Shown here piece after piece: positions 26,689-36,572 of a DNA stretch of 64,000 nt; positions within the stretch are counted from its first letter, which is position 1; each line of letters begins with the position of its first letter. The translations under genes and the position numbers were made by a program. Source of the DNA: an uncultured Candidatus Saccharibacteria bacterium. GTDB taxonomy: Bacteria > Patescibacteriota > Minisyncoccia > Phycocordibacterales > Phycocordibacteraceae. The notes beneath the pieces were generated by a model that did no database searches, had not been told where the DNA came from, and saw only the letters and a program-made list of their open reading frames with translations. The DNA is taken from positions 14,080 to 78,079 of the forward strand of contig CAYHLC010000003.1 in NCBI GenBank assembly GCA_964357395.1. The letters are read 5' to 3'.

Positions 26689-26961
26689 TTATTTGACCGC
26701 GTCCTTGAGGGCCTTTGCCGCTCGGAACTTTGGCACGCGCATAGACGGGACCTTGATGGTCTCGCCGGTACGTGGGTTACGACCTGTTCGCGCCGGGCGC
26801 ATCTTGGTCGAGAAGATCCCAAGACCGGCAACCGATACCTCGTCACCGCCCTTCAGGGCCTTGGTGATGGTCTCGATTAGGGTCTCGACGACTTCCTCGG
26901 CCTGGACCTTGGTACCACCCAGGGTCTTCTGCACGACATCTGCAAGATCTGCTTTGTTCAT
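26689..26961 (-). CDS. hup: DNA-binding protein HU
   Basis: MNKADL...GLGIF...RPARTGRNPRTGETIKVP...PKFRAAKALKDAVK. Confidence 0.97.
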   Translation of the reverse strand: MNKADLADVVQKTLGGTKVQAEEVVETLIETITKALKGGDEVSVAGLGIFSTKMRPARTGRNPRTGETIKVPSMRVPKFRAAKALKDAVK

Positions 26962-27055
26962 AGGCTTTTATTGATAATTACAATCAGTATAGGGTAAGCC
27001 GTATTATGCGCAAGGCCCCTTGCACATGAACGGTGGGTATTGTATAACATGTGCC

Positions 27056-27172
27056 ATGGCAACTCCCGAGGCAACAACAAACGATCACTCGGACTATTAC
27101 GAGGACTTCCTCGTCTGCTCACTGCAGGATGACCCGATAGCCTGCATGGCCAAGCGTTACCCGGCACCCTAG
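27056..27172 (+). CDS. Microprotein (38 aa) with C-x8-C
   Basis: Manual: MATPEATTNDHSDYYEDFLVCSLQDDPIACMAKRYPAP; TTGCAC-N17-TATAAC-N7-ATG; stop overlaps the rny stop. Confidence 0.5.
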   Translation: MATPEATTNDHSDYYEDFLVCSLQDDPIACMAKRYPAP

Positions 27173-28698
27173 CGGGCGAACTCGATTGCGCGTAGCTCGC
27201 GGATCACGTTAACCTTCACTTCTCCTGGGTACTTCATCTCATTTTCGACACGGAGTGCCACGTTCCGAGCTAAGTCGCGTGCGTCGAAGTCGGAGATCTG
27301 CTCTGGCTTAACAAAGATGCGTAGCTCGCGGCCTGCCTGGATGGCATAGGCCTTCTCTACGCCAGGGAACGAGGTGGCGATGGTCTCTAGCTCTTGCAAC
27401 CTCTTGATGTAGTTCTCTACTGAATCGCGGCGGGCGCCTGGGCGACCCCCCGAGATCGCGTCCGCTACCTGCACGATGTACGACTCGATAGTCTCGTATG
27501 GGTACTCCTCATGGTGGGCCTGCATTGCCTGGATGACGCGCTTGTCGACACCGAACTTCTCAAGGATGCGGCGGCCTATCTCGACGTGCGTACCCTGTAT
27601 GGCGTGGTCTACCGCCTTGCCGATGTCATGGAACAGCGCTCCGGCCTTAGCAACCCTTACATCCGCACCAAGCTCGGCTGCCATAACGCCAGCAATGTGT
27701 GCCATTTCGACTGAGTGGTAGAGGACGTTCTGCCCATACGAAGTGCGGAAGTGTAGGCGACCAAGGATGGCAATCAATTTAGGGTCGTAGCCGGTCAAGC
27801 CCACTTCGTACAGGGCCTCCTCGGCCTTCTGCTTCATTACTCTCGTTATTTCGTTCTTCGATTTCTCCACCACGTCCTCGATCTTTGCTGGTTGGATACG
27901 CTGGTCGATAATCAAGGTCTCGAGCGCGATACGCGCCACCTGTCTGCGGATAGGGTCGAAGCAGGAGATAACTATCATGCCTGGTTGCTCGTCGAGGAGT
28001 ACATCAACACCGGTCGCTCGCTCGAAGGTGCGGATGTTGCGGCCCTCCTTGCCAATGATCTTGCCCTTCACATCATCCGATGGCAAGGGGACGTTGGTCG
28101 TAAGAATGTCGGTCTGCACCGCGTTGCCGAGGCGGTGGATGGAGGTAGCGAGGATGTCCTTGGCCTTCTGGTCCAGCATCTCCTTGCCGTTGATCTCGAG
28201 CTTCTGAATACGGACCATCATGTCCTCCTCGTGCTTTTCCTCAACTGCGGCCATCAACTTCTTAACTGCTTCGTCCTCGCTCATCTTGGCGACATCCTCG
28301 ATAGCCTTCTGTCTATCTGCAATCAGCGCGTCCGCCTTGACCTTGATAGCGCGGACCTCCTCGATCTGTGCCTTGATGCGCTCCGCTTCTCTATCGATGT
28401 CTCCTTGGCGTTTGTCGAGGAACTGCTCCTTCTCACCGATACGCTTGTCCTTGTCGAGGAGTGCGGCCTCCTTGTCTGCCATGGCCTTCCTAGCGCCGTG
28501 GTCTACGGTCTCGGCCTTCTTCTCTGCTTCAGCAATGAGGACCTCGGCCTTCTCTCTCGCGTCGAGCATTATCTGCTTAATGGCGAGCTCGGCAGAGCCT
28601 TTCTGCGAGAGGCCTACTAACCAACGCAGGAGATATCCTGCGCCAAGCCCAATGAGGCCGGTCGCGGCGAGGAGGAGTAAAAGGGTAAATGTTGACAT
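27169..28698 (-). CDS. rny: Ribonuclease Y
   Basis: N-terminal TM, coiled coil, KH (KGKIIGKEGRNIR), HD (FHDIGKA), RPGARR. Confidence 0.97.
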   Translation of the reverse strand: MSTFTLLLLLAATGLIGLGAGYLLRWLVGLSQKGSAELAIKQIMLDAREKAEVLIAEAEKKAETVDHGARKAMADKEAALLDKDKRIGEKEQFLDKRQGDIDREAERIKAQIEEVRAIKVKADALIADRQKAIEDVAKMSEDEAVKKLMAAVEEKHEEDMMVRIQKLEINGKEMLDQKAKDILATSIHRLGNAVQTDILTTNVPLPSDDVKGKIIGKEGRNIRTFERATGVDVLLDEQPGMIVISCFDPIRRQVARIALETLIIDQRIQPAKIEDVVEKSKNEITRVMKQKAEEALYEVGLTGYDPKLIAILGRLHFRTSYGQNVLYHSVEMAHIAGVMAAELGADVRVAKAGALFHDIGKAVDHAIQGTHVEIGRRILEKFGVDKRVIQAMQAHHEEYPYETIESYIVQVADAISGGRPGARRDSVENYIKRLQELETIATSFPGVEKAYAIQAGRELRIFVKPEQISDFDARDLARNVALRVENEMKYPGEVKVNVIRELRAIEFAR

Positions 28699-28842
28699 AC
28701 GGGTAGGGCCCGCACTGGTACAACAAAACTACTGTGCTACAGCAGGCGAGGATCGTCGTCCAAAGAGTCGTCTGAAGGGCAGCGCCATAGTCCGAAGTGT
28801 CAGTACAAAGTCCAAATTAAAATTCATTAAAGGAACACATAT

Positions 28843-28871
28843 AGTGTATCGCCGAACGCCCGAGTGCGCAA
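28843..28871 (-). promoter_or_regulatory. Promoter giving a ~140-nt leader to rny
   Basis: TTGCGC-N17-TACACT on the minus strand. Confidence 0.5.
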
Positions 28872-28907
28872 TGTGCATGGAAATCCAGTCTGTGGTAGCC
28901 TTCCGGC

Positions 28908-29093
28908 ATGACTGACCCCGAGAATCTGGGTGGCCCCTTCAAAACGATTGGACCGGCCAAGCATGCACTAAAGATCGTGGGCCCACTAATGTGGCCCGAA
29001 CTCAATCTGACACCAAGACAGTGGAAGAAGCTCGCAGCCTCCCTCACCCTCCTCGGCGGCTTCCTCTACCTCACCTTCCGAAATATTTACTAG
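28908..29093 (+). CDS. Tail-anchored microprotein (61 aa)
   Basis: ...RQWKKLAASLTLLGGFLYLTFRNIY; TAGCCT-N6-ATG. Confidence 0.55.
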   Translation: MTDPENLGGPFKTIGPAKHALKIVGPLMWPELNLTPRQWKKLAASLTLLGGFLYLTFRNIY

Positions 29094-29141
29094 GCAAGTG
29101 ATTAGTTGCTTTTTATGCAATTATGTGGTATTATATACTCA

Positions 29142-29348
29142 ATGGCTTTCGAGGCATACGCAGCTGCAGGAGACGACTACGATCCACCACTAACTCCACG
29201 AGGTGCGGGCATTCGTGTGCAGCGCGGAAGGAAAGAGTTGAAGCTTAGTGTCCGCGAAGCGAACAAGGTTGGTCCAGTTGTGTGGTATCTGGGCTGGGGC
29301 CTTGGCATCGCAGGTGCGGCCGGAGTCTTTGGCGTTGCGTACATGTAA
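29142..29348 (+). CDS. Tail-anchored microprotein (68 aa)
   Basis: MAFEAY...VVWYLGWGLGIAGAAGVFGVAYM. Confidence 0.55.
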   Translation: MAFEAYAAAGDDYDPPLTPRGAGIRVQRGRKELKLSVREANKVGPVVWYLGWGLGIAGAAGVFGVAYM

Positions 29349-29358
29349 CAAACAGAGT

Positions 29359-29529
29359 ATGGGTATCGATCAGGGTGCAGCGCAAGAAGCAGGGAGGAAG
29401 CTCTTGGATAGCCCAATGCGCTATGTGACGGGGCTGAGGAAGTTCAGTGAGAAGAACAAGCTACGCTTCGGTGCATCACTCTTCATCATCTTCGCTTTCA
29501 TGCTCATCGCACTCGAGGCGGGCAGCTAG
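29359..29529 (+). CDS. Tail-anchored microprotein (56 aa)
   Basis: MGIDQG...KLRFGASLFIIFAFMLIALEAGS. Confidence 0.55.
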   Translation: MGIDQGAAQEAGRKLLDSPMRYVTGLRKFSEKNKLRFGASLFIIFAFMLIALEAGS

Positions 29530-29557
29530 CCAAACGGCTCTTGTAGGTTTCGTTGCT

Positions 29558-29788
29558 CTATCCAACCATAAAGAATGCGACGGTGCTCATCCCGAGCATT
29601 ACTATCGTGCCGCCTATTTTTATAGAGGCTCGTCGTACATTTGTGACCTCGCCAAATACAGTACGCATTGTGCCCTTCTCTATTGCGCTTGCAGTGTCAC
29701 CCTCTCTTAGGTCCTCACCGTTTACTGGCAACCAGTCGGGTTTTTCTGGTGACAATCTCTTCTCGTTGCGGAACAATTCATGACTCAT
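29558..29788 (-). CDS. Tail-anchored microprotein (76 aa)
   Basis: ...RRASIKIGGTIVMLGMSTVAFFMVG; divergent from TrmB #1. Confidence 0.55.
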   Translation of the reverse strand: MSHELFRNEKRLSPEKPDWLPVNGEDLREGDTASAIEKGTMRTVFGEVTNVRRASIKIGGTIVMLGMSTVAFFMVG

Positions 29789-29876
29789 ATTTTTTGTTTT
29801 AGGACAGTACTAATTGACTGTCGGATAGAATCATATATAATTTAGAGTGAGTGGCAAATACCACCACTTCAGCCAT

Positions 29877-30629
29877 ATGTATAGGGAAGTACTTGAGGAA
29901 ATAGGCCTATCGCCGAACGAGGCCAAGATCTACGAGGCTCTGTTGGAGCGGGGCGTCTCGTCAGTGCCCGCCCTGGCACTCAAGACTGGAGTCGACAAGC
30001 GGAACATCTACGACATCATCCCTAAGATGCTAAAGAAGGGGATCATCTACCAGATAGTCGACCCCAAAGAGCGCCTCTACGCCGCGCTCGAGCCTGCGAA
30101 GTTGAAGGAGCTACTGAGGGAGAAGGAGTCTCGGCTCGACGACATACTGCCTGCGCTCAACAAAAAGTTCCGCAAGAGCACAACAGGGGAGTCGGTATCT
30201 ATATATAAGGGCAAGGAAGGGTTCAAGAACTATTTGCGCGATGTGCTGAAGGCAGGTAAGGACGTGTACTTTGTGGGCGCCAAGGGAGGCTGGTTCGATC
30301 CTGAGTTAGAGACGTTCATCAAGCACTTCCTCCGAGAGGCGAAGAAGAAAGGGATTAAGTACCACCACCTCTTTGACCACGAGATGGGCAGGCAGGCACC
30401 AGAGGTGGTAGCTAAGCTCGGCAAGCCGCACAAGTTCCTGCCCAAAGAGTACTCAACAACAGGGGCGATCGACATCTTTGGCGACCACGTAGTCACCTTT
30501 TCTGGCCTGACACTAAAAAGCGTTACGGAGGACGTGACGTTGGTGGTTATCAAGAACAAGGAGCTCGCCGACTGCTACCGCACTTGGTTCCAGTTCATGT
30601 GGGACCACTGCCCAGAGACAAAAGGTTAG
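29877..30629 (+). CDS. TrmB-family transcriptional regulator #1 (alternative GTG start 29847)
   Basis: LEEIGLSPNEAKIYEALL...TGVDKRNIYD wHTH; YKGKEG; C-terminal IDIFGDHV...ELADCYRTWFQFMW. Confidence 0.88.
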   Translation: MYREVLEEIGLSPNEAKIYEALLERGVSSVPALALKTGVDKRNIYDIIPKMLKKGIIYQIVDPKERLYAALEPAKLKELLREKESRLDDILPALNKKFRKSTTGESVSIYKGKEGFKNYLRDVLKAGKDVYFVGAKGGWFDPELETFIKHFLREAKKKGIKYHHLFDHEMGRQAPEVVAKLGKPHKFLPKEYSTTGAIDIFGDHVVTFSGLTLKSVTEDVTLVVIKNKELADCYRTWFQFMWDHCPETKG

Positions 30630-30647
30630 CCCCAAGGGGCGGGATCA

Positions 30648-31253
30648 CTACTTAGACTTGTAGATCTCGTCGATGATGCCGTACTTCTTGGCTTCCTCTG
30701 ATGTCATCCAATAGTCGCGCTCAGCGTCGGAGGTGACTTGGGCCAGCGTCTTCCCAGTATTCTTGGACAGTATCTTGTTTAGTACCTCTTTAGTGCGGAG
30801 TATGTGCTTGGCGGCGATCTCGATATCCGTTGCCTGTCCCTCGACACCACCCATAACCTGGTGGATCATCACTTCGGAGTTTGGGAGTGCGAAGCGCTTG
30901 CCCTTCTTGCCCGCGCTGAGGATGACGGCTGCAGCCGAGGCTGCGATACCGACGGTTACCGTCGCGATGTCCGGCTTTACATAGTTCATGGTGTCGAGGA
31001 TCGCGAGTCCTGCACTCACGGACCCTCCCGGAGAGTTTATGTACAAGTAGATGTCCTTCTTTGGATCGTCAGACTCGAGGAAGAGGAGTTGGGCGATAAC
31101 TAGGTTCGCCACATCATCATGGATAGGCCCGCCAAGGAAGATAATGCGCTCCTTGAGGAGCCGTGAGTAAATGTCGTATGCGCGCTCGCCCATGTTCGAC
31201 TTCTCGATAACCATGGGGACGAGCATGTTGGATCGGTGTTGTTGTGCTGTCAT
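30648..31253 (-). CDS. clpP: ATP-dependent Clp protease proteolytic subunit
   Basis: [44 protein letters not shown]. Confidence 0.98.
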   Translation of the reverse strand: MTAQQHRSNMLVPMVIEKSNMGERAYDIYSRLLKERIIFLGGPIHDDVANLVIAQLLFLESDDPKKDIYLYINSPGGSVSAGLAILDTMNYVKPDIATVTVGIAASAAAVILSAGKKGKRFALPNSEVMIHQVMGGVEGQATDIEIAAKHILRTKEVLNKILSKNTGKTLAQVTSDAERDYWMTSEEAKKYGIIDEIYKSK

Positions 31254-31263
31254 GATAGGGGCA

Positions 31264-32085
31264 TTATACCTTTTTAACTTTTTCCGCCAAGCGAGCCCCA
31301 TCGCTCGGCAGCGTACTGTCGACGTAGCGGAAGATCGCCTTGATGGTCTCTGCTATCTTCTTGTCCTCGATGATCATGGCCCACGGGTTTTCCTCCGCAA
31401 AGGACATGATCGCAGTCTTGTTGTCGTAGGCAGCGAGCTCGATATCGAAGTTGAACGCGGGCGGGAGGAACTTGGTGACACGTAGCTGTTCCTTATCGTG
31501 CGTACTCAGCTCTCGTGACTCGGGACTGTCGACGGCGAGTGCCAGCCACTTGATGCCGTGCAGCGGGCGCTTCTCCAAGACATAGTCGATCCAATCCATG
31601 CCCATAAGGTTGTAGACCGCGTGGATGCCAGTAAATCCGTACACCACCTTCTCCTCGTTCTTACGTATCAGATCTTCGTACACCTGCTTGATGCCCTCCG
31701 GACCATCGAAGAACTGGAGGTTCGGCCGGTACCCTCCCTCCTGGCTCCGCATACTTACGAGCGCGGGCACATACTCCGCGACCTTCTTTACATTTTTGTC
31801 TTGTTGCTCCCGTGCTCGCTCGAGGTAGGTAACGAGCATATGCGGCTCAATGGATTGGAAATACAACACACCATTCTTTTCCGACGAGGAGACTAATCCC
31901 TTATCAACAAGTGATTTTAGGAGGCCATAGAGTGTAGTGCGGTTTATACGTAGACGCCGCGCCACCTCGGTCACCCGGAGTCCAGTCTCGTGCGCGAGGA
32001 GGAAGAGGAACGCCTTGGTCTCCCCACTACTAAGCCCCGCCCCAAGGAGGGCACTACTCAGGCCATCTACGATTTTCTTGTCCAT
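31264..32085 (-). CDS. TrmB-family transcriptional regulator #2
   Basis: [14 protein letters not shown]...[17 protein letters not shown]; FFDGPEGIK; YDNKTAIMS...IIEDKKIAE. Confidence 0.88.
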   Translation of the reverse strand: MDKKIVDGLSSALLGAGLSSGETKAFLFLLAHETGLRVTEVARRLRINRTTLYGLLKSLVDKGLVSSSEKNGVLYFQSIEPHMLVTYLERAREQQDKNVKKVAEYVPALVSMRSQEGGYRPNLQFFDGPEGIKQVYEDLIRKNEEKVVYGFTGIHAVYNLMGMDWIDYVLEKRPLHGIKWLALAVDSPESRELSTHDKEQLRVTKFLPPAFNFDIELAAYDNKTAIMSFAEENPWAMIIEDKKIAETIKAIFRYVDSTLPSDGARLAEKVKKV

Positions 32086-32091
32086 ATGCTT

Positions 32092-32162
32092 TTGTTGTCG
32101 GGTTACCTCAACAATATATATGCTAATTGACTTTTGTCAATCAAAACATTAGTATTTCTGTT
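32092..32162. promoter_or_regulatory. Back-to-back promoters and candidate TrmB operator
   Basis: TTGTTG-N11-CAACAA (32092-32114); overlapping opposite -35 boxes TTGACttttGTCAA; TTGACT-N17-TAGTAT. Confidence 0.5.
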
Positions 32163-32179
32163 AATAATTTATTTTCAAT

Positions 32180-33289
32180 ATGAGTACTAAAACAATCGTA
32201 GGTCTCTTGCTCCTAGGCGTTGTGATTATTGGAGGCGTTTACGTCTTTTCAGCAGAACCAAAGCATGAGGGGCCAATCAAGGTGGGATTTATCGGCCCTC
32301 TCACTGGTGATGTGTCATCAATCGGTACAGTGGCGCGAGCGGCTGTCGAGGTGGCGGTGGACGAGATCAATGCGGCTGGCGGCATCGACGGCAACCAGCT
32401 CGAGATAATCTACGAGGATGGCAAGTGTGACGCTGCCGCGGCCAATAGTGCCGCTAACAAGCTCATTAACATCGACAAGGTGACCGCGATTATTGGAGGC
32501 GCATGTTCCGGCGAGACACTCTCATTCGTGCAGCAGGCGATGGAAAAGAAGGTCGTCACTATTTCCTACTGCTCGTCGGTACCGACGCTAAGCGGTGTGG
32601 GCAAGTACTTCTTCCGTGACTATCCATCTGATGCGTACCAGGGCGTGTTTATGGCGGACTACGCTTATAACAAGCTTGGCGCGCGCAATGTGTCTATCCT
32701 CTATCACATCAATGACGCGCACACTTCACTGAAGGACGTGTTCACAAAGCGATTTACTGAATTAGGAGGAAGGATAGATATCGTGGAGGGTACGCCACAG
32801 GAGGCGCGTGACTACCGCACCCAGCTCACCAAGATGGGCAAGGCAGCTTTCATCTACATGCCGACGTATGCTGATGGAGCGACCGTAGCGTTGACTCAGG
32901 CTCACGAGCTTGGCATCAAGGCAACTATATTTAGTAACGACGCGTGGGGCGACCCAAAGATGCAGGAGGCGGTCGCCGGGCTCGACCGCTACGCATACTC
33001 GGAGGCTAAGACTCCTGAGTTTCCGAATGAGTTTGTGACAAAGGTGCAAGAAAAAGCCGGTACCGACTCAGTCCCTGCGTGTGCGCCACAGGCCTATGAT
33101 GCTACTCATATCCTCGCCGGAGCACTTAGGAATGCTGGCACTAACCCAGACAAGGTCGCAGATGCACTACGTGTCACGAGATACGACGGCGTATCAGGCC
33201 ACATCGAGTTCGATGAAAATGGTGACCTCAAGGGTGCTGCATATGTAGTCAAAATGATACAAAACGGCACTGCGACTGAGGTTAAATAA
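32180..33289 (+). CDS. LivJ/LivK-like ABC substrate-binding protein #1
   Basis: N-terminal TM; PIKVGFIGPLTG, EINAAGGIDG, EDGKC..GGACS, FFRDYPSD, AYDA, FDENGD. Confidence 0.9.
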   Translation: MSTKTIVGLLLLGVVIIGGVYVFSAEPKHEGPIKVGFIGPLTGDVSSIGTVARAAVEVAVDEINAAGGIDGNQLEIIYEDGKCDAAAANSAANKLINIDKVTAIIGGACSGETLSFVQQAMEKKVVTISYCSSVPTLSGVGKYFFRDYPSDAYQGVFMADYAYNKLGARNVSILYHINDAHTSLKDVFTKRFTELGGRIDIVEGTPQEARDYRTQLTKMGKAAFIYMPTYADGATVALTQAHELGIKATIFSNDAWGDPKMQEAVAGLDRYAYSEAKTPEFPNEFVTKVQEKAGTDSVPACAPQAYDATHILAGALRNAGTNPDKVADALRVTRYDGVSGHIEFDENGDLKGAAYVVKMIQNGTATEVK

Positions 33290-33290
33290 A

Positions 33291-34070
33291 CTATTTAGTC
33301 AGCACATCGAGGCGCTTGGCCTCCTCCCACGCGAGTGCGAAGATCTGTTTCATTGCCTGCGCAATCTCGGCGCTCTCGATAATGATGCCGAGCTTATCCT
33401 TCCACGAGGCGATCATCACTTTGTTGTCGTAGATCTCAATATCGGGTGTGATGTCGAACTTGTCTTGCGGCACGACCGCAGCGATGCGCGCCTCGTCCTT
33501 GTTGTGCGTCATACGCTCGCGGGTCATGGGCGTATCAGCCACGATGCCGCGTGCCACAATTCCTTTTTTAGCGCGACGTTCGTAGTAGGAGGGGAAGTAG
33601 CTGCCTAGCGCGGCGTGCATCTCTTCGTACCTAGCGTACGCAACTATCTCTTCAGTCGAAGTGAGTGTGTCCTCGTACACCTCCTTCAATCCCTCGATAC
33701 CCTCATAAAACTTTACAGTCGGGCGACTCTCCACTTTGTGTATAGACGTGAGCTGCGGAACAAAGGTCTTCGCTTTTTGCATACTCTCCTCCAGTGCTCG
33801 CATCTTGTTGCTTAGAAGTTGGTGTAGCCTCTCAGGTGACTCGGCTACGTACTCTTGCTTCGGCTCCTTGCCAGAGATACGGACCAGTCCGTCGCTCGAG
33901 AGGCGGTCCAGAATGTCGTACCCCGTAGTGCGATTGATGCCGGCGCGTCTCGAGATCTGCGCGACGGTGCCGCGCCCTATTTCTAGTATCGCCATATACA
34001 CTCCGGCCTCGTTCTTTGAGAGCCCAAAAGAGGTGAGGGTAGCGAGCGTGGCCTCGTCGTTCTTTGACAT
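33291..34070 (-). CDS. TrmB-family transcriptional regulator #3
   Basis: FGLSKNEAGVYMAIL...INRTTGYDIL; FYEGIEGLK; IEIYDNKV...GIIIESAEIA. Confidence 0.9.
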   Translation of the reverse strand: MSKNDEATLATLTSFGLSKNEAGVYMAILEIGRGTVAQISRRAGINRTTGYDILDRLSSDGLVRISGKEPKQEYVAESPERLHQLLSNKMRALEESMQKAKTFVPQLTSIHKVESRPTVKFYEGIEGLKEVYEDTLTSTEEIVAYARYEEMHAALGSYFPSYYERRAKKGIVARGIVADTPMTRERMTHNKDEARIAAVVPQDKFDITPDIEIYDNKVMIASWKDKLGIIIESAEIAQAMKQIFALAWEEAKRLDVLTK

Positions 34071-34184
34071 ATCGACAGCTTAATCTATAGTCATAATTGT
34101 GTCAAGTCAATCCCACAAAATCTTTAAATCCTAAAAATAGGTCTTAAAATAAAGCTATAAACATAGCTATTCTGACAACACTAC

Positions 34185-34213
34185 TTGACAATACTGTTAA
34201 TATCGGCTACACT
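34185..34213 (+). promoter_or_regulatory. sigma70-type promoter of SBP #2
   Basis: TTGACA-N17-TACACT; the opposite strand carries TTGACA-N17-TAAGCT-N6-ATG for TrmB #3. Confidence 0.6.
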
Positions 34214-34243
34214 GTCCGTATTGTTATCAAGTTTACATAGAGT

Positions 34244-35377
34244 ATGAACACACAAACAGTAGTTGGAGTAGTCGTAGTGCTCGTCGCCGTCGTCGGTGGG
34301 TATCTACTTTTCTCAAGGCCTGCTCTGCCTGAGGGGCCAGTTAAGATTGGCGTCATTGCCCCACTTACGGGAGACGCTGCCTCATACGGTGAGTCGCTAC
34401 GCGACGTGATGCTGCTCGCAGCAGAGGAGATCAACGCCGCAGGTGGCATCGAGGGCAGGCAGGTGCAGCTCGTCATTGAGGACGGCAAGTGCAACGGCAA
34501 GGATGCTGCAAGCGCCGCGCAGAAGTTGGTTAGTGTTGATAGTGTCGAGGTGGTCATTGGCGGCTTCTGCTCCAGCGAGTCGCTCGCGGCCGAGCCAGTT
34601 ACTACGGCATCCAAGGTGGCACTCTTCTCTGCCGCATCATCGAATCCGGGACTCACCAATGTCTCGCCGTACTTTGCTCGTAACTATCCATCGGACTCGT
34701 CGCAGGGCACCTTCCTTGCTGATATCGCGAGCGATCGTGGGTACAAGAAGGTGGCAGTTATCCAAGAGCAGACAGACTACGCTGCGGGCGTGTTTGGTGC
34801 ATTCAGCACCGAACTAACTGCAAAGGGTGGAGTAGTAGTCAAAGAGGAGTTCCCATCCAAGCACACAGACTTTAGATCACTCATAGCAAAGCTGAAGGCA
34901 GAGAAGCCTGACGCGCTCTTCATCATTGCGCAGACGCAGGCCGCAGAGAAGCTCTTGTTCGCGCAGCTGCAGCAGCAGGCATGGAATACCCCGCTCCTCA
35001 TCAATGACGTTATCGCCGGGGACAAGGAGATGCTCGCCGAGTACGCGCCGTTCCTCGAGGGTGCCCTGACCGCCGAGTTTACTGTCGACCCAACAAACAC
35101 CAAGTATCAGAAGTTCCTCGCAGCTTTTGTAGCGAAGTACAGCAAGGAGCCAACACTGCTTGCCTACGCACAGACCGAGTATGACGCAGTCTATCTAGTG
35201 GCGGACGCTATCCGCGAGGTTGGGTACGATGGCACCAAGATCGCTGCATGGCTCCGTACTGTTAAGGACTGGGATGGCGCGGTAGGCAAGGTGACGATAG
35301 GTGCTAACGGCGACCCGGTTGCCGGCCACCGACCGGAGGTGATTCGTGGTGGCGTTGCTGCCCCTTATAGCAGGTAG
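34244..35377 (+). CDS. LivJ/LivK-like ABC substrate-binding protein #2
   Basis: PVKIGVIAPLTGDAASYG, EINAAGGIEG, EDGKC..GGFCS, RNYPSD, YDAV. Confidence 0.9.
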   Translation: MNTQTVVGVVVVLVAVVGGYLLFSRPALPEGPVKIGVIAPLTGDAASYGESLRDVMLLAAEEINAAGGIEGRQVQLVIEDGKCNGKDAASAAQKLVSVDSVEVVIGGFCSSESLAAEPVTTASKVALFSAASSNPGLTNVSPYFARNYPSDSSQGTFLADIASDRGYKKVAVIQEQTDYAAGVFGAFSTELTAKGGVVVKEEFPSKHTDFRSLIAKLKAEKPDALFIIAQTQAAEKLLFAQLQQQAWNTPLLINDVIAGDKEMLAEYAPFLEGALTAEFTVDPTNTKYQKFLAAFVAKYSKEPTLLAYAQTEYDAVYLVADAIREVGYDGTKIAAWLRTVKDWDGAVGKVTIGANGDPVAGHRPEVIRGGVAAPYSR

Positions 35378-35399
35378 TCAGTGCCTGTATACTCAAGCC

Positions 35400-36572
35400 A
35401 TGAAGTGGGACTTGGGTAAGATATATGCATTCAAGTTTTTTGACGACCTGGTACTTGTATACCCGTTCTACATACTTCTCTTTGTTGAGAGTGGGCTTTC
35501 TGCAACTGAGGTTTCCTCTCTGCTCATTGCCTGGTCAGTAGTAACGTTCGTACTTGAGATCCCGTCGGGTGTGTTGGCCGATCGAGTCCCGCGCAAGTAT
35601 GTACTTATCGCTGGCCAACTTGCACGCGCCCTGAGCTTTGGTATCTGGATCTTTTGGCCGACATTTACCGGATTCCTGATCGGCGTTGTTCTTTGGGGGG
35701 TTAAGAGTGCCTGTACTTCAGGGACATTCCAGGCGCTCGTCTACGATCTCTTGAAGTCGGATAATGAGGAGGCATCATATGCGAAGGTGATTGGTCGTGC
35801 TCGTACTGCTTCCTACATCGGAGTGCTTGTTGCTGCTGGGCTTGCGTCGGTCGCCATCGCATACGGGTACACCTTTGTGCTGGTTGCAAGCGCAGCCGCA
35901 GTCGCACTCTCGGCACTCTCGATCGCTCTTGTGTCCGCAGCCCCTGCGTTTCAGTCAACACATGAAAAGGATTATGTATCAATCGCGACGGCGGGCTTCT
36001 GCTTTCTCTATACTCGCCAGGCGCTTCTGCTCCTCATACTTTTTATGGCTCTGTTTCATGCGCAGTATTTGGGGATCGAAGAGTTTTTCCCGATACTGAT
36101 GACGCTCGATGGTGCCACAAAGTCCACTATTGCACTCATGGGCATTGCGTTTGGTGTTGCACAGGCTCTGGCAAGTTTGCTGGCGCACCGGTTTGAGCGT
36201 TTCGCTACCTTCGGGATCGGACTGTTCATGGTGCTCGAGGGAGCGTTTTATGTGGGGGCGTACTATCTCGCTGGCATACCAAGCTTCGCTGCGCTGGTTA
36301 TTGCGTCTGCGATGCACACCATCTTCTTTACGCTCTACGATGCTCGCGTGCAGCACACGCTCGATTCCGGGACGAGAGCGACCGTCTCATCTGTACAGGG
36401 TCTCCTGACCGAAGGGTCAGCCGTACTCTTTTATATAGTGTTCGGGCTTGGAGCAGGGGCACTGGGGTACAGCGAGGCTTTCTTTTGGTTCAGCCTTTGG
36501 GTTTTTGGGTTAGGGTTCCTGTACCTGGCCTCGCAGATGTTCTGGCGGAAAGAAGTCTCGTATACTAAGTAG
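35400..36572 (+). CDS. MFS transporter
   Basis: About 12 TM; EIPSGVLADRVPRK, SGTFQALVYD, RATVSSV; TATACT-N6-ATG. Confidence 0.88.
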   Translation: MKWDLGKIYAFKFFDDLVLVYPFYILLFVESGLSATEVSSLLIAWSVVTFVLEIPSGVLADRVPRKYVLIAGQLARALSFGIWIFWPTFTGFLIGVVLWGVKSACTSGTFQALVYDLLKSDNEEASYAKVIGRARTASYIGVLVAAGLASVAIAYGYTFVLVASAAAVALSALSIALVSAAPAFQSTHEKDYVSIATAGFCFLYTRQALLLLILFMALFHAQYLGIEEFFPILMTLDGATKSTIALMGIAFGVAQALASLLAHRFERFATFGIGLFMVLEGAFYVGAYYLAGIPSFAALVIASAMHTIFFTLYDARVQHTLDSGTRATVSSVQGLLTEGSAVLFYIVFGLGAGALGYSEAFFWFSLWVFGLGFLYLASQMFWRKEVSYTK

